The notes under the pieces were generated by a model. That model was not told the DNA's origin. It searched no databases and saw only the letters and a program-made list of their open reading frames with translations. The position numbers and the translations under genes were made by a program. This document shows positions 9,051-18,558 of a stretch of DNA of 64,000 nucleotides, in pieces (position 1 is the first letter of the stretch; every line of letters begins with the position of its first letter). This DNA comes from Promethearchaeota archaeon (lineage in GTDB: Archaea > Asgardarchaeota > Heimdallarchaeia > Hodarchaeales > Hodarchaeaceae): NCBI GenBank assembly GCA_048938105.1, contig JBHLMN010000013.1, forward strand, positions 96,001-160,000, read 5' to 3'.

Positions 9051-9755
9051 ATGACCAAAAAGATCTGTTTTTTAATTTGTCCTATTGGTAAGGAAGGTAG
9101 TCCAGAGAGAAAGAGAGCTGACCAGCTTTATAACCACATTGTGATTGAAATATTGAAAGAATATGATTTTGAAGTCATTAGAGCAGATAAAATCGGTAAA
9201 CCAGGAATAATTACTCTACAGATTATTGAACAGTTAAATAGTGCTGACTTGGTTATTGCTGATTTGAAAGGGCATAATCCTAACGTGTTTTATGAGCTCG
9301 GGATTCGTCATGTCATTGGAAAACCTATAATTCAGATATATCATCCTGATGAACGAATCCCTTTCGATGTATCTGGATTAAGAAGCATTACACTTGATAT
9401 ACAAGACTTAGATAGTGTAAAAAATTGCATAACAGAGCTAAAAGAGCAAGTAGAATCGATTTTGGAAAATCCTGAGGAATTAACATCACCTTATACTACT
9501 GCTATTGATTATCAAACACTAAGATCAAGTGAAAATCCGATTGGAACAGCTTTAGCGGATATCAAAGAAAGTATTGAGAGTCTAAGAACACAAATAGAAG
9601 AATTAGAACATTCTACAAGGTTTGTACCAATAACAAGAACGAGATTTGATTTAAGTAAATATTTTACTGATGACAAAGAACGAAAAGCTTACAAAACATT
9701 GCAAGAGGCTTTTGATGCACAACCAACTAATCAAAACAACAATGACGAGATTTAA
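9051..9755 (+). CDS. nucleoside 2-deoxyribosyltransferase-like (NDT/TIR-like) protein with coiled coil
   Basis: CFLICPIG...VIRADKI...ADLVIADLKGHNPNVFYELGIRH...IPFDV. Confidence 0.8.
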   Translation: MTKKICFLICPIGKEGSPERKRADQLYNHIVIEILKEYDFEVIRADKIGKPGIITLQIIEQLNSADLVIADLKGHNPNVFYELGIRHVIGKPIIQIYHPDERIPFDVSGLRSITLDIQDLDSVKNCITELKEQVESILENPEELTSPYTTAIDYQTLRSSENPIGTALADIKESIESLRTQIEELEHSTRFVPITRTRFDLSKYFTDDKERKAYKTLQEAFDAQPTNQNNNDEI

Positions 9756-9810
9756 AGCTTATTGCAATGATTACTTACTGAGTACATTAAGGATAGCGAA
9801 TCCTAATATC

Positions 9811-10371
9811 CTATTCCTCTTCTTCTACTTCATTAATTTCATTTAATTCTCTTGATTCTTCAATTAATGGTTGATGCTCGTTCTCCACACTTTTAGTTTC
9901 TTTAATCTCTCCTCTGTGGACATAAAACATAATAGTTAAAAGGAACATAAGGATTATGAAATATACCATAATTCCATTGGTAAATGAGGAGGAATAAGTA
10001 AATATTTCATCTAATGCATAATGCCCTTCCATAAAGTAAATGACCAGAGTAATAATACCTATCACTGATAAAATTATTGTCACAAGGATAATATGTCTTC
10101 CTATTATCTTATTTCTTTCATTTCCAAAGAAAGTATTTACTAGAAAAACGTACGAACTGAAAACACCAATTGTTAAGATCAACCAATTTTGCATTTCGGT
10201 TGGATCATAGGACAATCCATAATCGAGAAAGTATTGCAACATTATAAGACCACAGATAACGAAAGTAAAGCAGAGTGCTTCTTTGTAAGCCTCTTTTAAT
10301 CTTTGAGTATCAAACTTATTCCTAATTCCCTCTAACCTCATCTTGATCTTTTCTCCCATTAATATCAACAA
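9811..10371 (-). CDS. hypothetical 4-TM membrane protein with acidic tail
   Basis: Four hydrophobic segments; Glu-rich C-terminus; start uncertain (10371 or 10359). Confidence 0.65.
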   Translation of the reverse strand: MLILMGEKIKMRLEGIRNKFDTQRLKEAYKEALCFTFVICGLIMLQYFLDYGLSYDPTEMQNWLILTIGVFSSYVFLVNTFFGNERNKIIGRHIILVTIILSVIGIITLVIYFMEGHYALDEIFTYSSSFTNGIMVYFIILMFLLTIMFYVHRGEIKETKSVENEHQPLIEESRELNEINEVEEEE

Positions 10372-10528
10372 GTGTTTAAGAAAAACTCAGTTATTCAGTT
10401 AAATAAGCCTTTCGAACGCAGAAGAACTCTAAATGTTTTCTCCTGATTACGTACACCTCCCTCCTAATTGTTCATTGAAGTTTTGTTATATTCAATTCCT
10501 GAAATCAGGAGTTTTAATTTAGAACTTC

Positions 10529-11932
10529 TTAGAGAAATCCTCTCCTAATTTCTTTAGATATTTTCTCATAAGTCTTAGGGTTAATGTCAGCCCTTAGAAG
10601 AAGTAAATCAGAAATAGGCTGCCTAATCCCAAAATTATCGAATTTAGAGATGACCTTAATAGCGATCTTTGTGGTAATAATCTCTAAAATCTGATTTAAT
10701 TTTGGGTTTAATTCTTCAAGATTTTCAACGTATATAATTTCTGCTCCTGGCTTGACTCTGGCAAAATATTCTTGAACTTCAGGTGCAATCTTCTTTGTTG
10801 ATACTATTATCGCATAATCAGGTTTATAGAGACCAATTCGGCCTCCAAAAGGATACGCATGTCCCATTGAAAATTCGTTGTCCTTAAGTTCAAACATTAG
10901 CAATGTTCCCTCTAGATCAATAAAAGCATCTATTTCCTCGGTTCCTTCTAATAAATTAAGCAATATTTTATCTCTAGGAATACCGAGCTCGATTAATACT
11001 CTTACTAATTTAGCTGTCATCCAATAGCTATGATCTAACATTCTTTTTAAATCATCTGTCGGACTAAAAAGCGTTTCTATTCTTTCTTCAGATATTGGAT
11101 TACCACAAGAACACAAAACACCCATTTGGGTCATTTTTTCGATCGAATCTTTCGATTGAACTCTATTAATTTGGTTTGAAGTTTTATTACAAATCACAAC
11201 ATACTCTTGTGAAAGGAGATTAACCTTTGTCAATTCTTTAATGATTTCTTGAACTTCTTCTACTTCCCTACCTGCCTTTTTTTCGAGATCTGTGGCTAAT
11301 ATCCCACCTGATCTTTTTATTAAAAGAGCTAGATGTCTAATTGAAGGATTTTCTAGGTATATTGATAGCTCAAGATCATCTTCAGATATATTATTTGAGG
11401 GAATAAACCTTGTTTCTTCACTATTAGAGAGCCCTTCAAATTTTTGGTTTACTGTCTGAAGTTCTTCCCAAGCAAAAGTTAAATCAAGGTCATTTAATAT
11501 TATATTTAAACTGTTTAATAGGTTTTCAAGCTGATCAGGACTCTCATCAACTTTAAGACAACCTACCTCAAGAAAATATTTTCCCTTTTCATCTTTAGAA
11601 TCACCTTTTCTTTCTTCTTCTTCTTTATTTACTAGGATATATAGAAAACCATGTTCATTAGGAGTGTAATAAAGGTCTCCAATTATAGGATTCAAAGATT
11701 CTTTATAATATCTAAAAAGAGAGTAAGATCTATAGATAAAGTCTATCTCCAAATCTCTCATTTTCCTTGTTTTTAAATCTGATTCCTCAACACCGAATGT
11801 TTCAAAAAATCTCTTCTCAGCTTTCGATATTAACGGGTTGAATCCCTCTTCAGCTAGTTTATCTATAATAGAGTCGAAATATTCTATTTTATAATCAAAA
11901 GGAGTTATTTTCCTTTTTATTTTTATTGTCAT
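10529..11932 (-). CDS. multidomain protein: wHTH, Zn ribbon and C-terminal PD-(D/E)xK restriction-like nuclease
   Basis: LATDLEKK...IIKELTKVNLL (wHTH); CNKT...CSCG; EEIDAF...FELKD catalytic motif. Confidence 0.7.
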   Translation of the reverse strand: MTIKIKRKITPFDYKIEYFDSIIDKLAEEGFNPLISKAEKRFFETFGVEESDLKTRKMRDLEIDFIYRSYSLFRYYKESLNPIIGDLYYTPNEHGFLYILVNKEEEERKGDSKDEKGKYFLEVGCLKVDESPDQLENLLNSLNIILNDLDLTFAWEELQTVNQKFEGLSNSEETRFIPSNNISEDDLELSIYLENPSIRHLALLIKRSGGILATDLEKKAGREVEEVQEIIKELTKVNLLSQEYVVICNKTSNQINRVQSKDSIEKMTQMGVLCSCGNPISEERIETLFSPTDDLKRMLDHSYWMTAKLVRVLIELGIPRDKILLNLLEGTEEIDAFIDLEGTLLMFELKDNEFSMGHAYPFGGRIGLYKPDYAIIVSTKKIAPEVQEYFARVKPGAEIIYVENLEELNPKLNQILEIITTKIAIKVISKFDNFGIRQPISDLLLLRADINPKTYEKISKEIRRGFL

Positions 11933-12081
11933 TGTTAAACCCCTCTCTAAATGTACGGTTTTTCGGCTTTACTTAAAAAATCTCTTATTTAACCAAAGAT
12001 ATTTGTTCCCCTTGTTTTTATCTTTAGAATAATACTAATTCTTTAGTCTCATGATTATTTCTCTTAAATATCTTAATTAGA

Positions 12082-13157
12082 TTAGGTCGGAGTAACCTTA
12101 AGGAATCCAAAACCAATTAACTCTTTTATCAAGTCCATTGCTTTTGCTTTTAGCATATCTTTATCAAAAGAGATGTAACCTAAATCACTAAAATCACTGG
12201 CGAGACTTACTCCTGTTTCTTTAAGAATAACAATTTTTTTCCCGTATAAAACACCAGCTGCTCCTAATTCGAATACTGCATTATCACTCGGTCTAAAAAT
12301 CTCATTATCATTCTCATCAATGTACTTTTCATCAGCAGTGAATATTACAATCGCAGATGTACATTTATGCATCAAATCAGCTATTTTTTCTGATATGGGA
12401 CGTCCTATATGTGGTTCATCAACTGCAACGCTGTAAGGAACTTTAAATTCATCTAGTATGTTCTTAAGTTGCTCCAGTGGTTTTCTTTTTTTTCCATGAA
12501 TTATAAAAATCTTGTTAATATGTGGTTTTTCAATTAGAATAGCAGGGGGTGCTTCTACAGGCTCCTCTTCTTTCACCACTAATCCAAGATCTTCCATTTC
12601 TTCTAGTTCAGAGATCTCTTCATGCGTTGCTGGTACTCTAGTAGAAAGATTATCTAATCGTACATATGTGCTACCACTAATATCTTCCAAGATACCTAGT
12701 TCTGTTCCATTTTTAGTAATCATCTCATAACAAGTTGTGACATCATCCTCAGGAATTTTAAAGTCTCTAGTAAATGTATTCTGGATAGGTTCTAATTGGG
12801 GGAATTTATGAGTATCGTAACGCTCGAAAAATACTTTGAATACTTTAATAGAAAGCAAAGCCTCAAGAAGTGCATTATTTTTCTCTTCAATATTTTGTGA
12901 AGCAACTATTGATCTACCTCGTTCCGTTAGTGAAACACTCTTTGCAGCAAACTCCCTTTCGTAAGACCAAATTGACCTGAAGCAGTTATAAGGTTTCTGA
13001 ACCAGCTACTTGTTGGTGATTGCTCCAAAACCTTTGCAAGGTCTAAAATAGCATATGGTTCTCCTGCATTATAATCCTGGATCGCTTGTGCCACCCTTAC
13101 TGAATCCATTAAACTCTTTCTGGGAAATAGACTTTTTCTTCTCTTTTTCTTAGCCAA
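12082..13157 (-). CDS. TIR-domain (CAP12/Pycsar-like nucleotide-binding) protein with N-terminal wHTH-like region; frameshifted at about 12950
   Basis: IFIIHG...AIVIFTADE...RPSDNAVFELG...SDFSDLGYI. ORFs 12927-13157 and 12082-12858 join into 358 aa (GS-FAAKSVSLTERGRSIV) if one base is added in the 3-base run at 12949-12951. Confidence 0.75.
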
Positions 13158-13202
13158 TTCCTACTCACCTAATTCTTTAATGTTATTTTATGTTATTCTC
13201 CC

Positions 13203-13601
13203 TTAAATTCTACCAAAAATAATCATTAAAAGAAATATAATAAATGCAATCGTAAGAAAAAAGCTAGTAAACCCCGAACCACCACTCATTGTATATATGT
13301 CTCTTCCTAATTTGGTAGTTTTTTTAACACGATTATAATTTCTGGTTGGCGATACAACATCTGTGATGGCTTTTTTTGTTTCTTTTTTAACTCTTGAAGA
13401 TGCCAGTCTTTGTTTAGTAAAATCCGACCACGATTTATTTCTTTTAATTTTACCATATCTGTCAAAAGACATCGCTCTTGTTTTACCACGAACGTTTATC
13501 CTTCGCCAATCCTCTTCTTCACCACCTTTTATTGCTGCAAGCTTAATAATTATTAGAATTCCGATTATAGCAAATACTAATATAATTATTTCCTCAATCA
13601 T
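13203..13601 (-). CDS. hypothetical protein with N- and C-terminal TM helices and a basic loop
   Basis: Hydrophobic termini; Arg/Lys-rich centre. Confidence 0.6.
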   Translation of the reverse strand: MIEEIIILVFAIIGILIIIKLAAIKGGEEEDWRRINVRGKTRAMSFDRYGKIKRNKSWSDFTKQRLASSRVKKETKKAITDVVSPTRNYNRVKKTTKLGRDIYTMSGGSGFTSFFLTIAFIIFLLMIIFGRI

Positions 13602-13893
13602 GGTGAGACCCCTATACTTTTACCAAATTAGTAAGAAATCTGATTGTAAGTTATTTACCTTACTCACATTACTCTAACCAATTTCTCGGTCATGTTCTCT
13701 AGGAAAATCATCTATTTAAGATTTGCCTTCTAAGAGCTATATTCTTGTAGTGCCTAACTTCTGTACCTAAGGCCACCATATTTAAAATAATACATTCTTT
13801 AAAAAAGAATTAAAAGCCATTAAATACTCTATTCATAATAAGAAAGGTGATTTGATAATGAAATAAAATACTGAGGCTATTTTGACATTATTT

Positions 13894-14385
13894 TCATATA
13901 CCATTTAATTTAAAGATCAAAGAGATTGTGAAAAACAGAAAAAATATAAGAAACAACGATTCACCAGTGAAATAAGCACGATTGCACCATTTTTCTTTGT
14001 TGAGAACAAATTCAACTAATAATTCCTTATTTTTGAGTTTTCTCCATTCACTGGCCTTAATCTTTAGATGTTCTAAATAAGATTGTTTTTTTCCATTTTT
14101 ATCCAAGGGAAAATGGCTTTTAAACAGATAAAAATTGCCAGTAATCTCGTCATGATTGCTTCTAATGTACATAATTACAATTAACCAGACAATAGTAATT
14201 AGTAGAAAGATAATCGTATAAAATCCTAGATCTGCTCTCCAAGCAAAATAAACCATTCCAATACTGAGAGTAAATAGATAGTGTGTAAACGATAATCTAG
14301 TTTGTAGTCTCTCTTTAACAGCGGAAACAAGATATTCAAAGATCTTATCATCTAAATCAACTTCGTTTTGTTTATTATTAGACAT
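13894..14385 (-). CDS. hypothetical membrane protein (3 TM)
   Basis: Hydrophobic segments; GGTG RBS upstream. Confidence 0.65.
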   Translation of the reverse strand: MSNNKQNEVDLDDKIFEYLVSAVKERLQTRLSFTHYLFTLSIGMVYFAWRADLGFYTIIFLLITIVWLIVIMYIRSNHDEITGNFYLFKSHFPLDKNGKKQSYLEHLKIKASEWRKLKNKELLVEFVLNKEKWCNRAYFTGESLFLIFFLFFTISLIFKLNGI

Positions 14386-14619
14386 ATCAACACCTAATTA
14401 CACTTTAATTTATCTGATTCCCTCTATCCTTCTATTTTTATAGCACAAGTGATTATAAAAGTACTTATAAGAAGGAATTACCTAAAGAAATAAATAAACC
14501 TTTCGAACACAGAAATATACAATTTGTTGGCAAGATTTTGCGTGGTGTGTAGTTCACATATGCTGAAACAGCTGAATATACAGGTTTTTGTTTTTTTTGA
14601 CTTCACTTTTGAAGTCATT

Positions 14620-14647
14620 TTTGATTATAACCAGGGTTATTTAACAG
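14620..14647. repeat. attR of the integrated element, dif-like 11-6-11 (TTTGATTATAA CCAGGG TTATTTAACAG)
   Basis: Core matches attL at 6216-6228; coincides with the start of creatininase homology. Confidence 0.8.
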
Positions 14648-15324
14648 TAGTTTTTGGGATTGGATCTATTGAACAACATGGACCTCACTTACCAACCAAC
14701 ACGGATGCCTTAATTGGTGATGTTCTAGCTAATAAAGTAGCAGAAAGATTAAAGAATGCTTTACAAGCCCTTACAATGCGGGTAGGTTGTTCGCGTCATC
14801 ATATGGCTTTTCCTGGCACAATTTCGTATAAAGATTCAACTTTGAAAGCTGTTATCCACGATTATGTGCATAGCTTAGTACATCACGGTTTTAAGAACAT
14901 TATTTTAATCCCTAGTCATGGAGGGAATTTTAGACCAACACAAGAAGCGATTGATGAGCTCAAAGAAGAGTATCCCGATAGTAAAATTATTGGTTATACA
15001 GATCTTTTTGGGCTCTTGGATGCTTTACATAGATTTTCAGGGGAATTTGGCGTCACAAAAGAAGAATCTGGAGCACACGCAGGTGAATCTGAAGCTTCTC
15101 TTATGTTAGCTTTGGCAAAAGATCTTGTTAAAGAAGAATCTTTCGAACCTGGATATGTTGGAATAGTTGGACCAGAACAATCACAACTTATTTTTGAAAA
15201 GGGAATGACTGCATTAACAAAAAATGGTATTTTAGGAGATCCAACAAAGGCAACAAGTGATAAAGGCGAAGTATACCTTGAAAATCTAGTAAAACTTCTT
15301 GTTGACGAAATTAAAAGGAATTAA
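14629..15324 (+). pseudogene. creatininase/MftE-family amidohydrolase, 3' part of the interrupted gene
   Basis: GSIEQHGPHLPTNTD, HHMAFPGTIS, SHGGN, HAGESE and NGILGDP motifs; native N-terminus lies at 6163. Confidence 0.88.
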
Positions 15325-15432
15325 ATAATTAGTTTTTCTATCTCGCTCCTGAATTTTCCCTTAAAGAATTGAATGATCGGATATTAATGTGAGATTTTTG
15401 ATACAAGCTAAAGCTAAGAGGAATAAGCCAGA

Positions 15433-16518
15433 ATGAAGCAATTAAATTTTGCACTAGTAGGATGTGGACGAATCAGTGATTTGCATTATCGTGGTTATTT
15501 GCTGAATCCCAATGCAACTGTATATGCTATTTGTGATGTAGATATTACCAAAGCACGGGAAAAAGCAGTAGAGTGGAGTATTCCCAAAGAAAGAGTCTAT
15601 TCAGATTTCTCAAGGATGCTCAAAAATGATCAAATAGATGCGGTGGAGCTATTAGTTCCACACCAGCTCCATGCTCCTTTAACTATTGAAGCAGCAGAAG
15701 CAGGAAAACACATCTCTGTACAGAAACCTATGGCGAATTCCCTCAAAGAATGTGATGAGATGATAGCAGCAGCTAGAAAAGCAGGTGTCAAATTTAGAAT
15801 CTTTGAGAATTTTCGCTTTTATCCTCCTTATATTTTAGCAAAAAAGATGATTAATGAAGGAAAACTGGGACATCTCATTTCAATTCATATTAAATTGGGA
15901 GTAGGGACAGGTGGATGGGAAGTACCAAGTGAAGCTTGGATTTGGAGATTCGATCGAGATCAATGTGGAGGAGGGCCGTTGTGTTGGGACGACGGGTACC
16001 ATAAATGGAGTATTGCACGATGGCTTATAGAATCAGAAATTGAATCTGTATATGGACGGATTGACTTCACAGGTATTGTTGAAGATGATGGTGAGCCTAA
16101 AGTGGATTCCCCAGCAAAATTCATCTGGAAGTATAAAACACCAAGAACTTATGGCAGCATGGATGCCACTTATATGCGAAATTGTGAATTTCCTTCAAAA
16201 TATTACCCTGCAGATGAACGCGTTGAGATTACGGGGGATAATGGTTATATTTGGATCAATCAATGTACAGCGAACACCGTACGAAATGAAGCACCATTAA
16301 TCACTTATATCGGGGGAGAATTGGAGGAGTTTTTCGATATAGAGACTGATTGGCAGGCTAGTTTTACAAATGCTGTTAATCACTTCATTGAAGCGATAAT
16401 TGCTGGTACTAAACCAGAAATTAATCCCGAGGAAGGGAAAAAAATACAACAATTTGCGCAGGCAGCTCATTTATCTTGTAAAACCCATAGAGAAGAACAA
16501 CCAGATAAAATGGTATAA
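15433..16518 (+). CDS. Gfo/Idh/MocA family oxidoreductase
   Basis: [30 protein letters not shown]. Confidence 0.9.
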   Translation: MKQLNFALVGCGRISDLHYRGYLLNPNATVYAICDVDITKAREKAVEWSIPKERVYSDFSRMLKNDQIDAVELLVPHQLHAPLTIEAAEAGKHISVQKPMANSLKECDEMIAAARKAGVKFRIFENFRFYPPYILAKKMINEGKLGHLISIHIKLGVGTGGWEVPSEAWIWRFDRDQCGGGPLCWDDGYHKWSIARWLIESEIESVYGRIDFTGIVEDDGEPKVDSPAKFIWKYKTPRTYGSMDATYMRNCEFPSKYYPADERVEITGDNGYIWINQCTANTVRNEAPLITYIGGELEEFFDIETDWQASFTNAVNHFIEAIIAGTKPEINPEEGKKIQQFAQAAHLSCKTHREEQPDKMV

Positions 16519-16526
16519 CAATCAGA

Positions 16527-18203
16527 TTGAGGAGAATGAATCCTATTATGAGGAGTACGAGAATCAAAGAAGGTGTTCAACGAGCTGCAGCTCGAGCTTT
16601 ATTAAAAAGTACAGGGTTAACACAGGAAGAAATAGATAAACCATGGATTGCTGTAGTAAATTCTTTTACTGAAATTGTGCCTGGCCATGTACATCTTAAA
16701 AAGATAGCTAAAGCTGTCAAAGAAGGTATATTAATGTCTGGAGGTGTGCCTTTTGAGTTTAATACAATTTCTGTCTGTGATGGGATTGCTCAGGGAACAC
16801 TAGGAATGAGATATTCTTTACCTAGTAGGGATGTAATTGTCGATACTATTGAGATAATGATTGAAGCTCACGGATTTGACGGAATGGTTCTTATTCCTTC
16901 CTGTGATAAGACCGTCCCTGCTCATCTTATGTCTGCTGCTAGACTTAATATTCCTTCAATTGTAGTAACAGGAGGACCAATGCTTCCTGGGCAGTATAAT
17001 GGAGAAGAACTCAGTCTTGTAGAGATGAGAGAGTTCATTGGTAAAGTTCGTAAGGGAGAAATGACGGATCAAGAACTCCTTCGTATTGAAGAGCTAGCAT
17101 GTCCTTCTGCTGGTTCCTGTAGCATGTTAGGTACAGCAAATACAATGGCTGTGGTCACGGAGGCATTAGGAATGTCATTACCAGGTTGTGCCACCAGTCA
17201 TGGAGTAATGGCAGATAAATTGAGAATAGCTCGAAATAGTGGCAAACAAATCATGAAGTTATTGAGAATCCCTCTCTTACCTAAACAGATTATGACTGAA
17301 AAGGCTTTATATAACGCTATTTCTGTTGATATGGCTATGGGAGGTAGTTTAAACTCAGTACTTCATTTAACAGCATTAGCAGAAGAACTTGAATTAGATA
17401 TTAATCTGAGAAGTTTTGATGAGATTAGTAAAAAAACTCCTGTTTTATGTTCATTAAAACCAGCGGGATCACATTCTCTTTGGAGATTAGATAGCTCTGG
17501 AGGAATTCCTGCATTAATGTCCGAACTTACACAAAACCTTTTCACAGAGGTTATTACAGTAACAGGTAAAACTATCAAAGAAAATCTAAATCAAATACCC
17601 TCTAGAGAAATCAAAGATTCAATAATTCACAGTTTTCAAACACCAGTCAGAAAAGAAGGAGGGATTGCTATTCTATATGGTAATTTAGCTCCCAATGGAG
17701 CTGTAGTTAAACAAACAGCTGTAAAATCCGAGATGATGGAACATCAAGGGGTAGCAAGAGTGTTTGAGTCTCTAGAATCTGGATTAGATGCACTTTGGGA
17801 TGGTAATATCAATTCAGGAGACATTATGGTTGTCAGATATGAGGGGCCTGTTGGTGGACCAGGGATGAGAGAGCAACATTCTATAACCTCATTAATCTCA
17901 GGATTGGGGGTGGATGCTGCATTAGTCACTGATGGCAGATTTTCTGGTAGTTCTCGTGGAGCAGTAATTGGTCATGTTACTCCTGAGGCAGCTGTTGGTG
18001 GGCCAATAGGAATAATTCAAGAAGACGATATAATCTTCTATTCTATTCCTGATAGAAAACTAGAAGTATTACTTGAGGAAAACATATTAAGAAATAGATT
18101 ACGAAATTTCATCCCTACTCCTCAAAAGATCCACAAGTCTCGAAGCGTTTTGAAAAAATATCGCAATTTAGTTAAATCTACTGATAAAGGAGCAGTTTTT
18201 TAG
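16527..18203 (+). CDS. ilvD: IlvD/Edd family dehydratase
   Basis: [49 protein letters not shown]; start may be an internal ATG. Confidence 0.85.
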   Translation: MRRMNPIMRSTRIKEGVQRAAARALLKSTGLTQEEIDKPWIAVVNSFTEIVPGHVHLKKIAKAVKEGILMSGGVPFEFNTISVCDGIAQGTLGMRYSLPSRDVIVDTIEIMIEAHGFDGMVLIPSCDKTVPAHLMSAARLNIPSIVVTGGPMLPGQYNGEELSLVEMREFIGKVRKGEMTDQELLRIEELACPSAGSCSMLGTANTMAVVTEALGMSLPGCATSHGVMADKLRIARNSGKQIMKLLRIPLLPKQIMTEKALYNAISVDMAMGGSLNSVLHLTALAEELELDINLRSFDEISKKTPVLCSLKPAGSHSLWRLDSSGGIPALMSELTQNLFTEVITVTGKTIKENLNQIPSREIKDSIIHSFQTPVRKEGGIAILYGNLAPNGAVVKQTAVKSEMMEHQGVARVFESLESGLDALWDGNINSGDIMVVRYEGPVGGPGMREQHSITSLISGLGVDAALVTDGRFSGSSRGAVIGHVTPEAAVGGPIGIIQEDDIIFYSIPDRKLEVLLEENILRNRLRNFIPTPQKIHKSRSVLKKYRNLVKSTDKGAVF

Positions 18204-18228
18204 AATAATCATTAGAATTGGGAACAGA

Positions 18229-18477
18229 ATGGAAACCAAATGGATCATAATCTTCATTGTATCTATTATAATCTCTGTACTAAGTCTTATCTTGTTCATA
18301 TTTTTTGATTTTCCTTTTTTATTCTTATTCCTATTTTTACCTTTTGTTTTTGGAATTAGGAACTCCGTTAGAGAAGAACAAGAGTATCCTCGGGTTTTTT
18401 GTAGAAGATGTGGTTCCAAATTACCTCCAGATTCAGTTTATTGTCCAAAATGTGGAATTTTCATTAATTCAAAGTGA
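18229..18477 (+). CDS. small membrane protein with C-terminal Zn ribbon
   Basis: 2 TM plus FCRRCG...YCPKCG. Confidence 0.75.
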   Translation: METKWIIIFIVSIIISVLSLILFIFFDFPFLFLFLFLPFVFGIRNSVREEQEYPRVFCRRCGSKLPPDSVYCPKCGIFINSK

Positions 18478-18558
18478 TATAAAATACTCAAAGCTTTCTT
18501 AAAGTTTAAGGAATTGGCTTTTTTCTACTTTTATCGTAGTTTAATTCTGGTGAAACAG

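Larger units (their letters stand above)
6216..14640. mobile_element. 8,412-bp integrase-less integrated element (defence-type cargo island) interrupting a creatininase-family gene
   Basis: Flanking direct-repeat cores; removing the element restores a 249-aa ORF; cargo of nucleases, TIR, DUF4145 and hypothetical membrane proteins. Confidence 0.85.

Noticed and set aside
13069-13080. 12-bp inverted match to attL (CCAGGATTATAA); similar arm matches near 7180 and 11889
   Set aside because: All lie inside coding sequence (Asp-Tyr codons) and lack the partner arm
13602-13893. Canonical integron attC (GTTAGGC on the minus strand)
   Set aside because: No complementary RYYYAAC box or palindrome; no intI in the window
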